Of a stretch of 64,000 nucleotides of DNA, positions 26,599 through 42,440 are shown one piece after another. Source of the DNA: Octopus sinensis. Its lineage: Eukaryota. The notes beneath the pieces were generated by a model. It had not been told where the DNA came from and did not search any database. It was given only the letters and a program-made list of their open reading frames with translations. Both the position numbers and the translations under genes were made by a program. The stretch covers positions 93,186,001 to 93,250,000 of the forward strand of contig NC_043001.1 in assembly GCF_006345805.1 (NCBI RefSeq). Direction: 5' to 3'. How positions within the stretch are numbered: position 1 is the first letter of the stretch; the number at the start of each line of letters is the position of its first letter.

Positions 26599-28467
26599 AC
26601 ACACACAGAGTCATGACCAAAGGGGTGCATCTATATGTATACAGGATCATTTGCATGCATTTTATAAAACATTTAAAGGGACGTTATAAATGCCTTGTGC
26701 AATTTTAAATTATAAAAAAATTCAATTTGCTTAATTATTTTAAAATGGCTTTGCACCAAGTGTCGGCATGATATTAGGCTTCGTCGTTAAAGCAGGAGGC
26801 TTTTAGCAGCTTGAGATGAGGATCAAACCAATTAATTTCGATGTAATTACAACTCAAAAGGATTTGCTTACCTTCTCCGTCCATGGTAGTGGCAGAAATC
26901 TACTTATTAAAATGTAAGCAAGATTGCATGCAGTACAGCTCATTTACATAATGGTTTATGGTTGAGAGCCACACTTTAATTAGCACAGCAGAGAGTCAGC
27001 TATGAATAATTAATACACTCTCACACACACATACACACACAGTTCACGCGCGCTCACAGACACACACATTCCCACATTCCTACACATAATCATAAACATA
27101 CACGTCGGCATTATATGAATGAAATGACTATAAGCTAAGAGAAATAACTCATACTGGGCAGTAGCATATATTTGAGTAGCAATAATAATATGTTTAATTA
27201 TAGTATTAGATACAACAGGGGTATATTAAATACCGTGGAAGACAGATTTTTAATCTATTGAAATTTGTTCTGTTTCCCGAAATGGTGGAATAATCGCTTG
27301 GTGGTATTTGGGACCAACACCAATAAGAAAGGGAGATAATCTGAAGGAACATAAGATTTTATATACTGACATGTCACGAAGGAAAAAAGTAGTGCAATTG
27401 TCAAGACAAAAAAGACAAGAGGAGGTGTGGATGTGTTTCTGCCTATACTGTTTAATGGTTATCTTATCTCCAGCAGAGGGATACTCGGACATTTTATACT
27501 TTTATATACCTCGATAAATGAGCTGAGAGAAATAACTAAGTGTGGTCAGTGTTATGTATCGAAAGAATAAATGTAAACAAGTGTATATTATATACCAGAC
27601 AAAACAGATTCGTGATTTATTAAAATTTTTCTCTGCTTCCAAGGAGGGTAGAACAATCGATTGGTGAAACATATAGGCTGGCTGTGGAATTTATCAGCAC
27701 TTCATATTATTTGTGCTGACAGCCACTCTTCCTCTTTTAAAGTGCTGCATATATAAGGCGCAGTTGTTCATTTTGTGTATTACCCTACGGTGATCCTACC
27801 TGAGTTGTTTTAAAGTTAATAATCTATGATTTCTTGATTTCGAAGTGTTAAATTCCCCAAAGATAAACCACGCATGCTTTCTTTCTCAAATAAAAATAAA
27901 ATGTATATTTATAAAAAAGAAAAGACAATCATAATAAAACAGTGTTGATAAGCACATCCCGAAAATCATTGCAGCACATAAGCATATCCCTTTATTGTTT
28001 CGCCAATAAAACCAACTTCCAAACATTTTAGCTCCATTTTAACAGCAGCAATTTTCAATGCACCAATCTTCTGGCGCGATAAAACTGCACAAGTAATGAG
28101 GTATGGTCTTCAACTACTGACAGAATATTAACATGCAACCATAAAAATTTTTAATGCTACTCTCACTAGTGGTATATAATTCAATAAGTAGTTATTTGCA
28201 GCAACCATCTATCTCATCCTAAAAGAAACAAACCATCACGTAAAACCAGCAAAGAAAAAAAACAAAAACAAAAAAAACACTTATGGCACGTTCACTAAAA
28301 CATATATCATTCGGCTCCCCTACCATCGAATTTTTCGATCCTAGGGGTATTTTTTACCCACGAATGAAACGCTATTATTTATAGATGTATTTGCTTCGAG
28401 TTTCACGGAAACTAGTTCTCTCTAGAAGTTTCTAAATTCTTATGACGCCAACAATACACGCACCCAC

Positions 28468-28539
<72 letters not shown>

Positions 28540-28576
28540 GCACACACACACACACACACACAATAACAAATTATTA

Positions 28577-29093
28577 GCGCTAAGCATTGTTTATGTATGA
28601 ACGGAATTAGGTAAGTTGAAGTATGTTTGTCACATTTTCAACTGCTAAAAGGTAAATACACTGCAGTTACATGGAGAAAAGAATCTCTCTTATACCAAGA
28701 AGGTGTAAAAACACCCAGTCCGTTCAGGTTTGCCATCTATGAGGAATCTCAGACATCGATGTTTCAAGCTCTTTCATGTACCTAAGAGAGACAACTCTAA
28801 ACAGACTTATAAAGATACAGCTTTATGTATAATTCAGTCAGCACGTTGACTTATTTGCGCTAGTAGAATACCCGATCGAAGGAAAATTAGGAATTATCAG
28901 CGCTAAGCAGTGTTTATGTATGAGTAAAATTAGGTAAGAATTAGGCATGAGCAGAATTAGATAGCGATACTGAACGGACTGGATGTTTTTTTTTTTACCA
29001 TAAGAGAGATTTTTTTCTCCTCGGTAACTGCAACATATTTGCCTTTTAACAGTTGAAATATGTGACGAACATATATCAACTTACCTAATTCTG

Positions 29094-29099
<6 letters not shown>
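28577..29099. repeat. Foldback element: ~130-bp inverted arms (28596-28726 / 28971-29099) plus ~39-bp direct repeat (28577-28615 / 28900-28938)
   Basis: GAATTAGGTAAGTTGA...GCAGTTAC...AATCTCTCTTAT...CCAGTCCGTTCA recurs as its reverse complement; GCGCTAAGCA.TGTTTATGTATGA...AATTAGGTAAG occurs twice. Confidence 0.85.
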
Positions 29100-29125
<26 letters not shown>

Positions 29126-29130
<5 letters not shown>

Positions 29131-29173
29131 TCTTACCACCAAGAAAGTATTCTTTCTTAGTGGTAAGACCATA
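29126..29173. repeat. 48-bp near-perfect palindrome
   Basis: TATGGTCTTACCAC-C-AAGAAAG-TATT-CTTTCTT-A-GTGGTAAGACCATA. Confidence 0.92.
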
Positions 29174-29611
29174 GAGGGTCTTCTTCTAGCATAATGGATG
29201 TCAATTTAGTGGTCATCCCTCTCATATGTATATGTGATATAATGTTTCTGAATATTCAAATCTTTCAATATGCTAGACTACTGGATTTTAAAATAGATAT
29301 TAATCAAATTAATATTCAATTATTCACCTTATATATATATAAATTAACTAACAAACTATAACAGGTGTAAGGAATGCATGGTTGATTGTGTGGTGTGTGC
29401 TTCTGCGTATAGATATGCACACATACATTCCCAACAAATCTACTTAAATACCTGTATTCACTTATATATATATATATATATATAATATATATATATATAT
29501 ACGCCCAAACAAATCCCCCACCACAGATTTTAAAAGCTTACATACCTTAATGCAAAATTTCCTGTACCATTAAAGATGATTCTTAGTTATATACAAACAT
29601 ATGTACATAAA

Positions 29612-29699
<88 letters not shown>

Positions 29700-29834
29700 A
29701 TATCTACCTATCTATCTATCTCTGTCCTTTCTGTCTACAGATACATGCATACATACATATACATACATCGTTCTGTATGTATTTATGTGTATATACTCAC
29801 ACATATACGTACACACACATACACACATACATAT

Positions 29835-31042
<1,208 letters not shown>

Positions 31043-31511
31043 TACACACACAAGCACACACATATACAAACGCACACACACACACACATATATATATATA
31101 CATACATAAAGAAAAAGGAGTACGGTTGGAAATTTATTTATTTTTCGCTACAATTGTTTCGACGTAACGTGGTTCTACAAGAATACAGGTATGTGATCAT
31201 GCAACTGTTTGGTTGCATAATGAGAGATCTAGTTGTGTTTCCTCAGGCGATATACGACTCTTGTCTCCGTTTGTTTAAAATCGTCGACCTCAAGGCCACC
31301 TCTTCTATTCGTCGTGGCTTGAATTTAGTAGCGACTGATAGACCCATAGTGTGTGCCACGAGGGCGCGTTTGTCGGACTGCTAAGAACGGTAGTAGATGG
31401 CTACTCTACCACATTTTTAACAGAATATAATATGACTAACTTAAACACACACAGACACGTACATATATGTACGTATATACATATACGTCTATCAATGTGT
31501 CTATCTATCTA

Positions 31512-31685
31512 TCTTTTTTTCTTTTTTTCTTTTTTTTGTTCTTTTCTTCCTTTATTATTACGATCCCTCTGATCGATACGCCAAACCCCACTACGTTTAC
31601 CCCCACCCTTTTTTTCCACCCCCAAACCAAGCTCTACCTTGTAACTTGTCCCATCTGTGTGCAGCCCTGTGTGGCCAATAAAACT
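31512..31685 (+). mobile_element. 5'-truncated LINE 3' UTR (same family as 31953-33256)
   Basis: AGCTCTACCTTGTAACTTGTCCCATCTGTGTGCAGCCCTGTGTGGCCAATAAA matches 33200-33252; followed by (TATC)n. Confidence 0.85.
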
Positions 31686-31750
<65 letters not shown>

Positions 31751-31784
31751 CTATCGATCTATTGTCTGTCTGTCTGTCTGTCCC

Positions 31785-31815
<31 letters not shown>

Positions 31816-31822
31816 GTCAGTG

Positions 31823-31858
<36 letters not shown>

Positions 31859-31873
31859 AGTCAGTCAGTCTGT

Positions 31874-31952
<79 letters not shown>

Positions 31953-31954
<2 letters not shown>

Positions 31955-33256
31955 CGTTAAAGGAGGAGGGCTGGGCATGCCGTGGTTGATGATGCGCAGA
32001 CACGCGCTGAGACTGTGCTACATCTCTGGCTCTATGTAGACGACGGGTGAACAGGTGTGGTCGCCGTTTGTGAGGCACGCTTTCCCCGCAGCTCGTCTCA
32101 TGACCGAACTGCAGTCGTGGATAAAAAGAGGCCGAGGAAGGCGAATGGCACCAGCGAGTGTCGCGTTGCTCTCAAGCAACTCTGCCTTCCTGGTCGACCT
32201 TAAGTGACTTCACACAACACAACCAGCATTCCTATAGGGTTTAGTGGAGGGAGGTACGACGACGAGCTCGGGCGAACCTGGACGTCGACGAGGAGTACCT
32301 GACCCGCCTGTTCGGGACGACTTCGTTCGGGCCAGGGCCATGGACAACTTCCATAGATCCCTGGCCTGGCAGTGCTACCGAAAGCGCTACCCTTCGGGAT
32401 AAGCTCTCTACAGACACTGCTCGAGAAACACGGGGCCGACCTGCCCGAGATGCGGTCAGAGCGACGAAACCGTCTGCACGCACTCGTCAGTGTCCAAAAT
32501 TTCCGACCTGTGGCTTATGTCGAACAACTGCTGTCATGTGGGACGAGTCGGTTTATCACTGAGTCTATCGTCAATATTTCACGCCTCTTCCTTCAAACGG
32601 AAGGCAGAGCTATTTTCATCATCCTTGTGGCTATGGCGAAAGAATGTATCTGGTGGACGCGTCTGAAAGGATTGAGACAAACACTTTCCTCTCTGGTCAA
32701 TCTCTCATCAACTCTTCAAGTACCACTTGAAAAGGAAAGTGAGAGAAGAGGCAAGTTTTGTCTAGCGAATGTTTTTAAAAAAAGATGGGTGAATGTAGCA
32801 AGAATGGCACGTATGAATGACGAGCCACCTTGAGCATAGTCCTATGAACCCAGAAATCGAAAACATAGAGTTGCTTATTTGCAAAAAAAAAAAAAAAAAC
32901 AAATAATATAAATGGACTTCATTGACCGAGGTTACCGTGGTCTTTTCGCAGGCTTTCTTTCCACGGGAAACCTCACCTGTCCTCCCCTTTACACTTCATA
33001 TGCATGACATTTCTGTGATAACGATCCCTATTGATCATTTTTTTTTCCTCTCCCCCCCTTTTTTTTTTTTTTTTTTTTAACCCCCTTATTTTGTCCTCTT
33101 TCCTTCTCCTTTACGATCCCTTTTGAGTCGAAACCTCCCCCCTTCCCCCCCTTTTTTTTTTTTTTTTTTTTGTTTTTTTTTTTTTAATACTTCAAAGAAA
33201 GCTCTACCTTGTAATTGTTCTATCTGTGTGCAGCCCTGTGTGCGAATAAAGAAACA
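31953..33256 (+). mobile_element. 5'-truncated L1/Tx1-clade LINE: ORF2 C-terminus (zf-RVT) plus 3' UTR, frameshifted
   Basis: GGLGMPWLMMRRHALRL; PGPMDNFHRSLAWQCYRKALP; TCPRCGQSDET.LHAL..CP (CCHC zinc knuckle); pyrimidine-rich 3' UTR ending AATAAAGAAA then TATC. Confidence 0.88.
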
Positions 33257-33486
33257 TATCTATCTGCATATATACCCGTTTATTGTTACCCGTTGGTGAA
33301 AGAGTGGTCAGTTCCATAGTGGAGATTAATAATATATTTTATTGTGGTCGAGTGAGGCAAGTAATGTCTCATAACTTGTCTGAAGACCTTCAGCACCTAC
33401 AAGTAAAACTCAGTGTTGCAGGAGATTGATTCGACTCAAATAAAATACATTATGTATGCATGCATGTATGTATATATGTACACACA

Positions 33487-33589
<103 letters not shown>

Positions 33590-34845
33590 ACACACATATA
33601 CATATAGAACCGAATAGTTTCATGGTGAAGAACTTTCCAAGTGAGAAATGGTAAATGATCTATTATGAGACATGGCTGAATAATATATCTTTCCACGCTC
33701 GGAAGGCTTTTCAGCATGAAACCGTTCGGTAACCTGAATCGGCTGTCATGGGACTACATATCTAATATATTTAATAAGTAATATACTAACTCTATTACTG
33801 TTGTACGAGTGCCTGTTTGTTTTTTTCTGAGTTATGAAACACTATTGAACGGGGATGCACGCACACACACACACACACACGCACGCACAGTCACACTCAT
33901 ACACATTACACACACACACACATAGACATCACACACACGCATACACACACATATGTATGTATATGCACACATAGATATACATACATATATGTGTATATAT
34001 ATACATATACATACATACATACAAATACATATATATGTGTTTATATATGTATGTGTGTATGTATATGTTGTATAATATATATTTTTGACATGATTTATAG
34101 ATCTTACATATAATGTATAGACAACTTCTGAGTAATTACGTTTGTTTTATTTTGAAAAACAAATAAACAATAATGGAAACCCCTCTCTTTAAAAATAAGA
34201 AGCAAAAGAAAATGTCTGAACGTCTCAAATTATTAATACGATTATTACGTTTAATACGATAATACGATTATATTTTTTCGTTACAGACAAAACATTTTTG
34301 AAAAACTATTTACATCTATAACACGTTTCTATCAGTTCGGTATCGTAGTGTCATTAGATCTTATTATCAGACGTGTACTTAGTATCGCTTGGTTAGAACT
34401 GGGATAATTTTCTTCTAAACTAAAGGAACCATTGCGGCCGTGGCACAATGGATTAAACGAAGACATCGAGAGTTTAGAAATATAGCTTCTTATTTCGAAT
34501 TCCAACACAAATCTCTGAACGCATCAAATAATTCTATCGGAATCAAACGTCGTGTATGTATGTTTGTGTGTATGTATGTATGTAATGTATGTATGTATGT
34601 ATGTATGTATGTATGTATGTATGTATGTATGTATGTATGTATGTATGCAGTTGTATGTATGTATGTTGTATGTATATATGTATGTATGTTGTATGCATGT
34701 ATGTATATATATCTATCTATATCGATGTATACATGTACATCCATACACACACACACATATATGTGTATAAACATATATAATAGTAAAATGTAGCAGAACA
34801 AACACAAAGAATATTGACACCCTCAACCCTCATTCTATCTATCAG

Positions 34846-34944
<99 letters not shown>

Positions 34945-35222
34945 GCCTGCCTTCCTGTCTGCCTGTCTGTCTGTTTGTCTGTCCGTCTGTTTGTCTGTCT
35001 CTCTCTCTGTATATGTATATATATATGTATATATATAATAATAATATTAGGGAGTATAAATCCAAACTTACATGGAAAAATTCAATTTAGTATTAAATCA
35101 AATTCCACAATATAATATGGCATGATTTACGTCTATCATTGTTTGAATTACATAATAGTGATTTTTCTCTAATTTATATATATATTATATATATATATAT
35201 ATAATATATATAATTTATATAT

Positions 35223-35270
<48 letters not shown>

Positions 35271-35355
35271 ACAAACACATACAACACATTTATCTAATTA
35301 CATATGTATATATATATACACATATAAATGTCTGTGTGTTTGTGTGTATGTGCCA

Positions 35356-35579
35356 GTGCTTGTCCCTTCACCACCGCTTTTCAAGTGGTGGTGGTGTGTT
35401 TTATTTCCTTGTCTCACTTAGCTGTTCGACAAAAAGGACCGACTGCACTACTACCAAGCCCCATAAAAAAAAAACAAGTACCAGGGTCGATGCATTCGAC
35501 TAAAATTGTTTTTTATGGCAGTACTCCAGCATGGCCGCAGAGTAATGAATAAAACAAGTTAAACATAAGCAATAAAAGA
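35356..35579 (+). mobile_element. SINE family A, 3' half
   Basis: CACCACCGCTTTTCAAGTGG...GTACCAGGGTCGATGCATTCGACTAA...CTCCAGCATGGCCGCAG. Confidence 0.8.
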
Positions 35580-36086
35580 TAAGCCTCGGTGGATAGCTTC
35601 ATCTCTTATGACAAATTTAATAATTCGAAATACTCTTATAATGAAATTACCAAATAATATACAAACCAAAACGTTTAATATACAATGAAAGAAATATATA
35701 TATACAGAGTTAACTAATTACTAGTATATAAATCAGAGTAATGAATTATGTTTTACACTCTCATTATTATCGAAGATTTAATTAATGTTTTCAAAGTCCT
35801 CTCTCTCAATATCACACAATAAGCATTCTAAACATTATAAATCATCAATTCAGTACACAAATCTCATTAGGCAAACAAAATTTACTAGCTTCAAAACAGT
35901 TCTACTGAAATTATATAAACTACCAACAACACTTGTTAACTAATCTTGCTGTGTTGTGTCACGCACATATTAATCGGTTTATATTACAGTAATAATTTCA
36001 TCGCTCTATACGTTTTCAGTAGAGTGTCTGTTTTATGTGTACATATATGTTTGTGTGCATTTGTCTGTTCGTCTGTCTGTCTGTTT

Positions 36087-36140
<54 letters not shown>

Positions 36141-36141
<1 letters not shown>

Positions 36142-36435
36142 TAGCAGTATCGGTATCGCCCGGCGTTAATCGGGTTTGTAAGGGAAATAACTATATAAGC
36201 ATTTTTAGATAGTTACTTCCCTTATATAATAGCAAAAAATGCATTAAAAATGGGAAAAAATTATGGTAATATTTTCTTTTAATCGTAGACTCATCGTAGA
36301 CGCACGCTAATACCCAGAAGGGCTCGATATGAATCACGACTATAAGATACCCGGTTTTGGTTAAACTGCACCGCAAAATGTGGGACTAGTTAGGAATTTA
36401 AATCGTAGGAGACAGACACTCACACACAACTTACC
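36141..36435 (-). mobile_element. Non-autonomous Helitron-like element inserted in (TA)n
   Basis: CTAG terminus at 36141-36144 with nearby GC hairpin CCCGG-CGTTAA-TCGGG (36159-36174); the other end carries ACAGACACTCACACAC, as in Lep1-type Helitrons. Confidence 0.7.
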
Positions 36436-36456
36436 AATATATATATATATATATAT

Positions 36457-36519
<63 letters not shown>

Positions 36520-36573
36520 ATATATATATGCGTGTGTTATATGTATTGTGTGCGTGTGTGTGTATCACTGTCC

Positions 36574-36632
<59 letters not shown>

Positions 36633-36737
36633 GATCTATCTATCTATCTATATATCTATCTATTTATCTATCTATCTATCTCATACAATTATACGTACAA
36701 AAACACAAACGCACGTACATACACCTTTCTCTTATTC

Positions 36738-36958
36738 TTTTACTCTTTTAGTTGTTTCAGTCATTTGACTGCGGCCACGCTGGAGCACTGCCTTCAAGAA
36801 TTTTAGTCAAACATATCGACCTCAGGACAATTTTTTTAAAGCCTAGTATTTATTCTATCGGTATATTTTGCCGAACCACTAGATTATGGAGGCGTAAACA
36901 CGCCAACACCAGTTGTCAAGCGGTGAAGGGGGTATAAACACAACCACAAAGACACAGG

Positions 36959-36989
<31 letters not shown>

Positions 36990-37006
36990 ACACACACACA
37001 AACACA

Positions 37007-37044
<38 letters not shown>

Positions 37045-37228
37045 CGAACGCACACTCAAACGCGAACGCACACATACTCATAAATATATAATTATATATA
37101 CGATGGGGTTTCAGTTTCTATCTACCAAATTAATTCACAAGGCTTTCATTGACCCAAGGTGCTATGCAGTGGCACTGAACTCGGAACCATGTGTTTGGAA
37201 ACAAAATTTCTTATCACACAGCCTTGCC
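36738..37228 (-). mobile_element. SINE family A with internal (CA)n
   Basis: TTGTTTCAGTCATTTGACTGCGGCCACGCTGGAGCAC...; head reverse complement ...GGCACTGAACTCGGAACCATGTG...ACACAGCC. Confidence 0.88.
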
Positions 37229-37702
37229 TATACACACACACACACACACATATACACACGCGCGTGCACACACACACACATATGTATGACAGAAGAATTG
37301 CATCAGTGACTCAGTTACCAATGAGCCCCCCCAATCTTTAGGCGGTAGTGTTTGTTTGAGCGGTATAACCTCAACAAACACTGGTTCCATAAAACTTCCA
37401 CTTAAATGTTTGAATATGGTGCTTCGTCTTCACTGGATATTTGTATTTCTTATATGAGTGTTTGCTCGGATAATTCGTTCGTATTTTGTTGTACATAGAA
37501 CAATTTTTATCTAATGAAAAATTGTCTAAATAATAATAAAAATATTATAAATTCATGAAAATAATTCATTGACTTGAAGACCTATCATTAAAATTGTATT
37601 TATATTTTAATGTATTATAAAATTATTTTTATATATTTATTATTTTAGATTTCTTTTTACTACAAAGACTTCATATATGCATCAATCTACGTACGTACGT
37701 AC

Positions 37703-37803
<101 letters not shown>

Positions 37804-39466
37804 CATCTATCTATCTATCATTATCAGATGAAGAAATGTATAAGGTTACTAAATTATTGATTTAGCTGTCTTCTTACTAATTTTCGCCATTTGACTCTGG
37901 TTTTCTCCTCTAGTAGTAGTTTCTTAACTCAAACGTCTGTCTTTAGGAACACTCTCCCTTCTCGTTTCCCTTATCGATTCAAGTGCAATTCTTGACATCC
38001 ACTGTGGACAATTTTCGTAATTTTTAAAACGGTTTCTTATATTTCTTTGTGCCCCTATTGGCCTTGTATTTTTGCTGGTCATTTGCCATTTTGTTTGAGT
38101 GACTTCCATTCAAGTAAGTGAAGGTATATGCTTTCAAGACATTAGGAATAACCAGCGCACTTCAAGCATCTACAGAAGGCACTGCAAATTATAAAATACG
38201 GCAGTAGGTATCTAGGTCCATTACGTACGTGTGTACAGCAGGGTTGATTCATTAAAAATCAAACAAACTGAAGACATATTATGATAAAAAAAACCCAAAA
38301 TATATCATCATAAAAAGGCAATGTGTTGCATTACAACGGAAAGCAAAAGACAATTAACATTTCGGAAAAAAAGTCCTTTTGCAAGTAAGAGGAGCATAAA
38401 TTTTGTTTGTTTGTTATAAAATTATAAACAATGACTTCAGTGTATGTAGAAAAGAAAACTTCATTTATTTGAGATTAAGGCTTTTACTATGCTGCTACTC
38501 CCAGTTCCTAGTTCCCATGGAAGAACATACAGGCAGATAAATTTGATGTCTTGTAAAACGTTCATCGATATTCTTGTCAGTTTGGTGGTTTTAACGAAGC
38601 CAATAGTTGTCCACATTTGTTGAGGTGGGGGCTGTGATGGAATACTATTTAGTAACTCTGTGTAAACATCTATAACATATTTGTAGTTTTGTATGAGAGT
38701 ACAATCTACCATATGATCTTAAATATATCACTATAAGGTTATGTGTGTGTATATATATATATAGGGTTATATATGTACATATATACACACATACGTACAA
38801 GCATACACGTATGTATACAGGCACACACAGTCATACGTTCATGGATATAGACGTACATACCGAGACATTCACATATTTTTACAATGAATTCATAAGAACG
38901 CATACAACTTCAATTAATAGCTATTATACTAGATAGGAATAGAATGTCCTAGACAAAAGAATGAACGAAAAAGGAAATGAAGGAAAGAAAGAGAGTGTAA
39001 AATCAGAGTGAGATGAAGGAAAGTGTCGTCTCCTTCGATAAAATGCACCAATATTACAGTATCTATTATGGTTATTCTATTTCAGATGCTCTCTTTTGAC
39101 GTTCAGATAAGTTCTTGTTTCACTTCTCGACGACAAGAAAAGCGCACCAGACGGTGTATATATATGCACAAATGCATACACGTATATATTAATGTTTGTA
39201 TTTTATGCATAGTCATATACTAGAACAAACTTCGATTGATTGATCACGCAATACATTCATGTTGAGGATCGAATTTATTTTAACAGCAAAAAGTTTGATA
39301 GTGACTTCGAATTTTCGTGCATCGTTGATTTCGTGGGGGTAGTTTGGCAATACTTTTGAAGTCACTTTCAACATTTACTTTGTGTGGGTGTGCGCATCTG
39401 TGTATAATGTTTTCATGTGTATATAGCTTGGTGCTTGTGTGTGTCTGTAGGTACCTACATCACGTC

Positions 39467-39523
<57 letters not shown>

Positions 39524-40400
39524 ATGTATGTATATATGTATATGAGTGTGTGTGTGTTGTATCATATACAAAAACAGATAGACATACACACATATATATA
39601 TACATACAATGTACACTTGAGGTAGATCAGTCATTTTTCGATTCTCATACACAAAACCCACTAACCATTCATTTATATGACGTCATATTTGCGCATATTT
39701 AATTAGGCATTTACTGTAATATTCCTTTACCACGTCCTTCCTGTCTTCGCCTCATCTCGTGAACTTCCAGCCCTGCCTTCCTCTCCTCATCCTCTCCCGC
39801 CTTCTCAGCCTTATGATCACCATCACAATTATCATGCATACACATCCATACTCATCGATTCGTAAAGGACACCGCATTTACTTACAAATATAGTTTGGCA
39901 AGCTTGTTAGAGCATCGGGAAAAAAATGCCCCGCAGCACTCGTTCCAGCTATTTAGGTCCTGGTTTCAAATACCGAAGTAGATTAAAAAAAAATACTAGT
40001 CATGTCATAGAAAGCAATATATTTGACTTCTCGTAAAACTACATTTCCTATTTTAGAATTTTTCTTCATTCGCTTATATAACCATTCACCATCGGTTTCC
40101 TTCGTAGAATTCAAGCAATATTTCAAAAATATATCCAAACACCCAATATTTCTAAGGAAACGAAGTCTCTGATTAACCTCCGAACGATCAGATTTGTGTA
40201 ACCGGGAGTACTAGAATTGAGAGCTACTCATTTATGATATATCAAGGAATACTCCGCGCTAATGTATTGAGTTATGCAATTTATCATTTCTCCGTGAATC
40301 AACAGATTTATATGTATGCATGTATCAATGCATCCATCTGTCCGTCCGTCCGTCCGTCAGTCCGTCCGTCTGTCAGTCCGTCGGTCATTATGTCTGTCTG

Positions 40401-40473
<73 letters not shown>

Positions 40474-40479
40474 TATCTA

Positions 40480-40540
<61 letters not shown>

Positions 40541-40552
40541 CTAGCTAGCTAT

Positions 40553-40703
40553 CGTCCAACGTTGACTCCATTTTTCCCCGACCCTTTTGATCGGAATTTT
40601 ACTTTTTCCGCACCCTTTTTATTTTTCATTTTCGAAAAGAAAAGTTCTGCATTTGCACTTGCCCCTCTGTGTTCATCTCTGTGTGGCCAATAAAGAAAGT
40701 TAT
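40553..40703 (+). mobile_element. LINE 3' UTR remnant following (TATC)n
   Basis: TGCCCCTCTGTGTTCATCTCTGTGTGGCCAATAAAGAAA, similar to 31646-31682. Confidence 0.65.
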
Positions 40704-40711
40704 CTAACCTT

Positions 40712-41018
40712 GTCTTTTACTTATTTCAGTCATTAGACTGCGGTCACGTTGGGGCACTATCTTAAATCGACTGTAATACTTATTTTCATAAAGCTGGTAC
40801 TTATTCTGTGGGGCACTTCGCCAAACCACCAAGTTACGAGGACATAAACAAGACCGACTGCAAGTAATAGTGGGGAACAAAGACAACAAAAATACAATGA
40901 TGCGCTCACAAACACGTACACATACAAACATACAGACACACACACATACACAGGCACGCGAACGCAGAGACACAGACACACGCGCATACCACACACACAC
41001 ACTCTCATACACACACAT

Positions 41019-41071
<53 letters not shown>

Positions 41072-41205
41072 TATATACGACGGGCTTCTTTCAGTTTCCG
41101 TCTACCAAATCCACTCACAAGGCTTTGGTCAACCGAGGTCATAATAGAAGACATTTGTCCAGCTTGTCACGTAGTGGGACTGAATTAAACACCAACTGTT
41201 GGGGA
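40712..41205 (-). mobile_element. SINE family A with internal (CA)/(CT)n
   Basis: TTTCAGTCATTAGACTGCGG...; ACGACGGGCTTCTTTCAGTTTCCGTCTACCAAATCCACTCACAAGGCTTTGGTC...GTAGTGGGACTGAA. Confidence 0.88.
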
Positions 41206-41994
41206 AGCTAGTTTACACACACAAATGCATTCATCACCCAACCTAACGCCCACCATCTCGTTATTTCCTCTTCATCACCTACGTCCTCTTTCAATCTTGC
41301 ACTCACATTACAAACACATTACACCTTCAGATACATTATCTTCATCATCATCAGTCATTACACCAGTTCACTTAGAGACTGACATTATGTAATGAAATCA
41401 TCATTATTGCTATCATTGTGACAAATTTCCATTCATTTGGTAACATATAAAACCATCACACTTTATCATCACAATGTAATTATCCTCATTATTATTAATA
41501 TTATTATAATCACACCTACATATCCACTGAAAGATATCATGTAATCTTCCTTATGCCGTCATCGTATTTATAATCATTGTTATGACACCTTCACACGTAC
41601 ACGGTGACATTGTGCGCTATCCTCCACCTGCCTTCCTCCTTCCACTCCCTTTTTCGTCGTCCCCCCTCCTCATCCTCCCCCTCCTCCTCATCATCATCAC
41701 CATCGCCGCCGTTGTTGTCTTCATCGTCATGTTGAAGGCAGTGACCGTTGAAGTCGTCATAGCTCTCGACATCATCATCAAAACGTCGTCGTCGTCATCG
41801 TCATTATCATCATCATCATCATCATCATCATCATCTTCACTTTCTCATCATCGCAGCAACATTATTATCAACATCGTCGTTGTCGCCAATATCACCATTA
41901 TAACGGTCAGCATAGTATACACCATGAACACCCACACATATTAACCCTATTAAGTAACCTTCATCATTGTAGTTTTCAGAGTTAACATGCTATT

Positions 41995-42239
41995 CTTTTA
42001 CTTGTTTCAGTCATTTGACTGCGACCATGCTGGAACACCGTCTTTAGTCGAGCACATCGACTCCAAGACTTATTCTTTGTAAGCGTAGTACTTATTCTCT
42101 CGGGATCTTTTGCGGAACCGCTAGGTCACCAGGACGTAAACACACCAACATTGGTTGTCAAGCGATGATGGGGGTACAAACACAGACACACAAACATATA
42201 TACATACATACATACATACATACACATACATACATACAT

Positions 42240-42287
<48 letters not shown>

Positions 42288-42440
42288 ACACACACACACA
42301 CACACACATATAGGACGGGCTTCTTTCTGTTTCCGACTACCAAATCCACTCACAAGGCTATAGCAGAAGACACTTGCCTAAGGTGACACGCAGTGGGACT
42401 GAACCAAGAACCATGTGGTTGGTGTGGAAAAAAGTATACC
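41995..42440 (-). mobile_element. SINE family A with internal (CATA)n/(CA)n
   Basis: CTTGTTTCAGTCATTTGACTGCGACCATGCTGG...; ACGCAGTGGGACTGAACCAAGAACCATGTGGTTGG. Confidence 0.9.

Noticed and set aside
28735-28770. Minus-strand GAAAC-AUCGAU-GUC-UGAG...CUCA resembling a hammerhead half
   Set aside because: The CUGANGA box has three mismatches and no stem II can be formed.
37924-38109. Possible LINE endonuclease remnant (KIVHSG...HLN)
   Set aside because: Single weak motif with stops.
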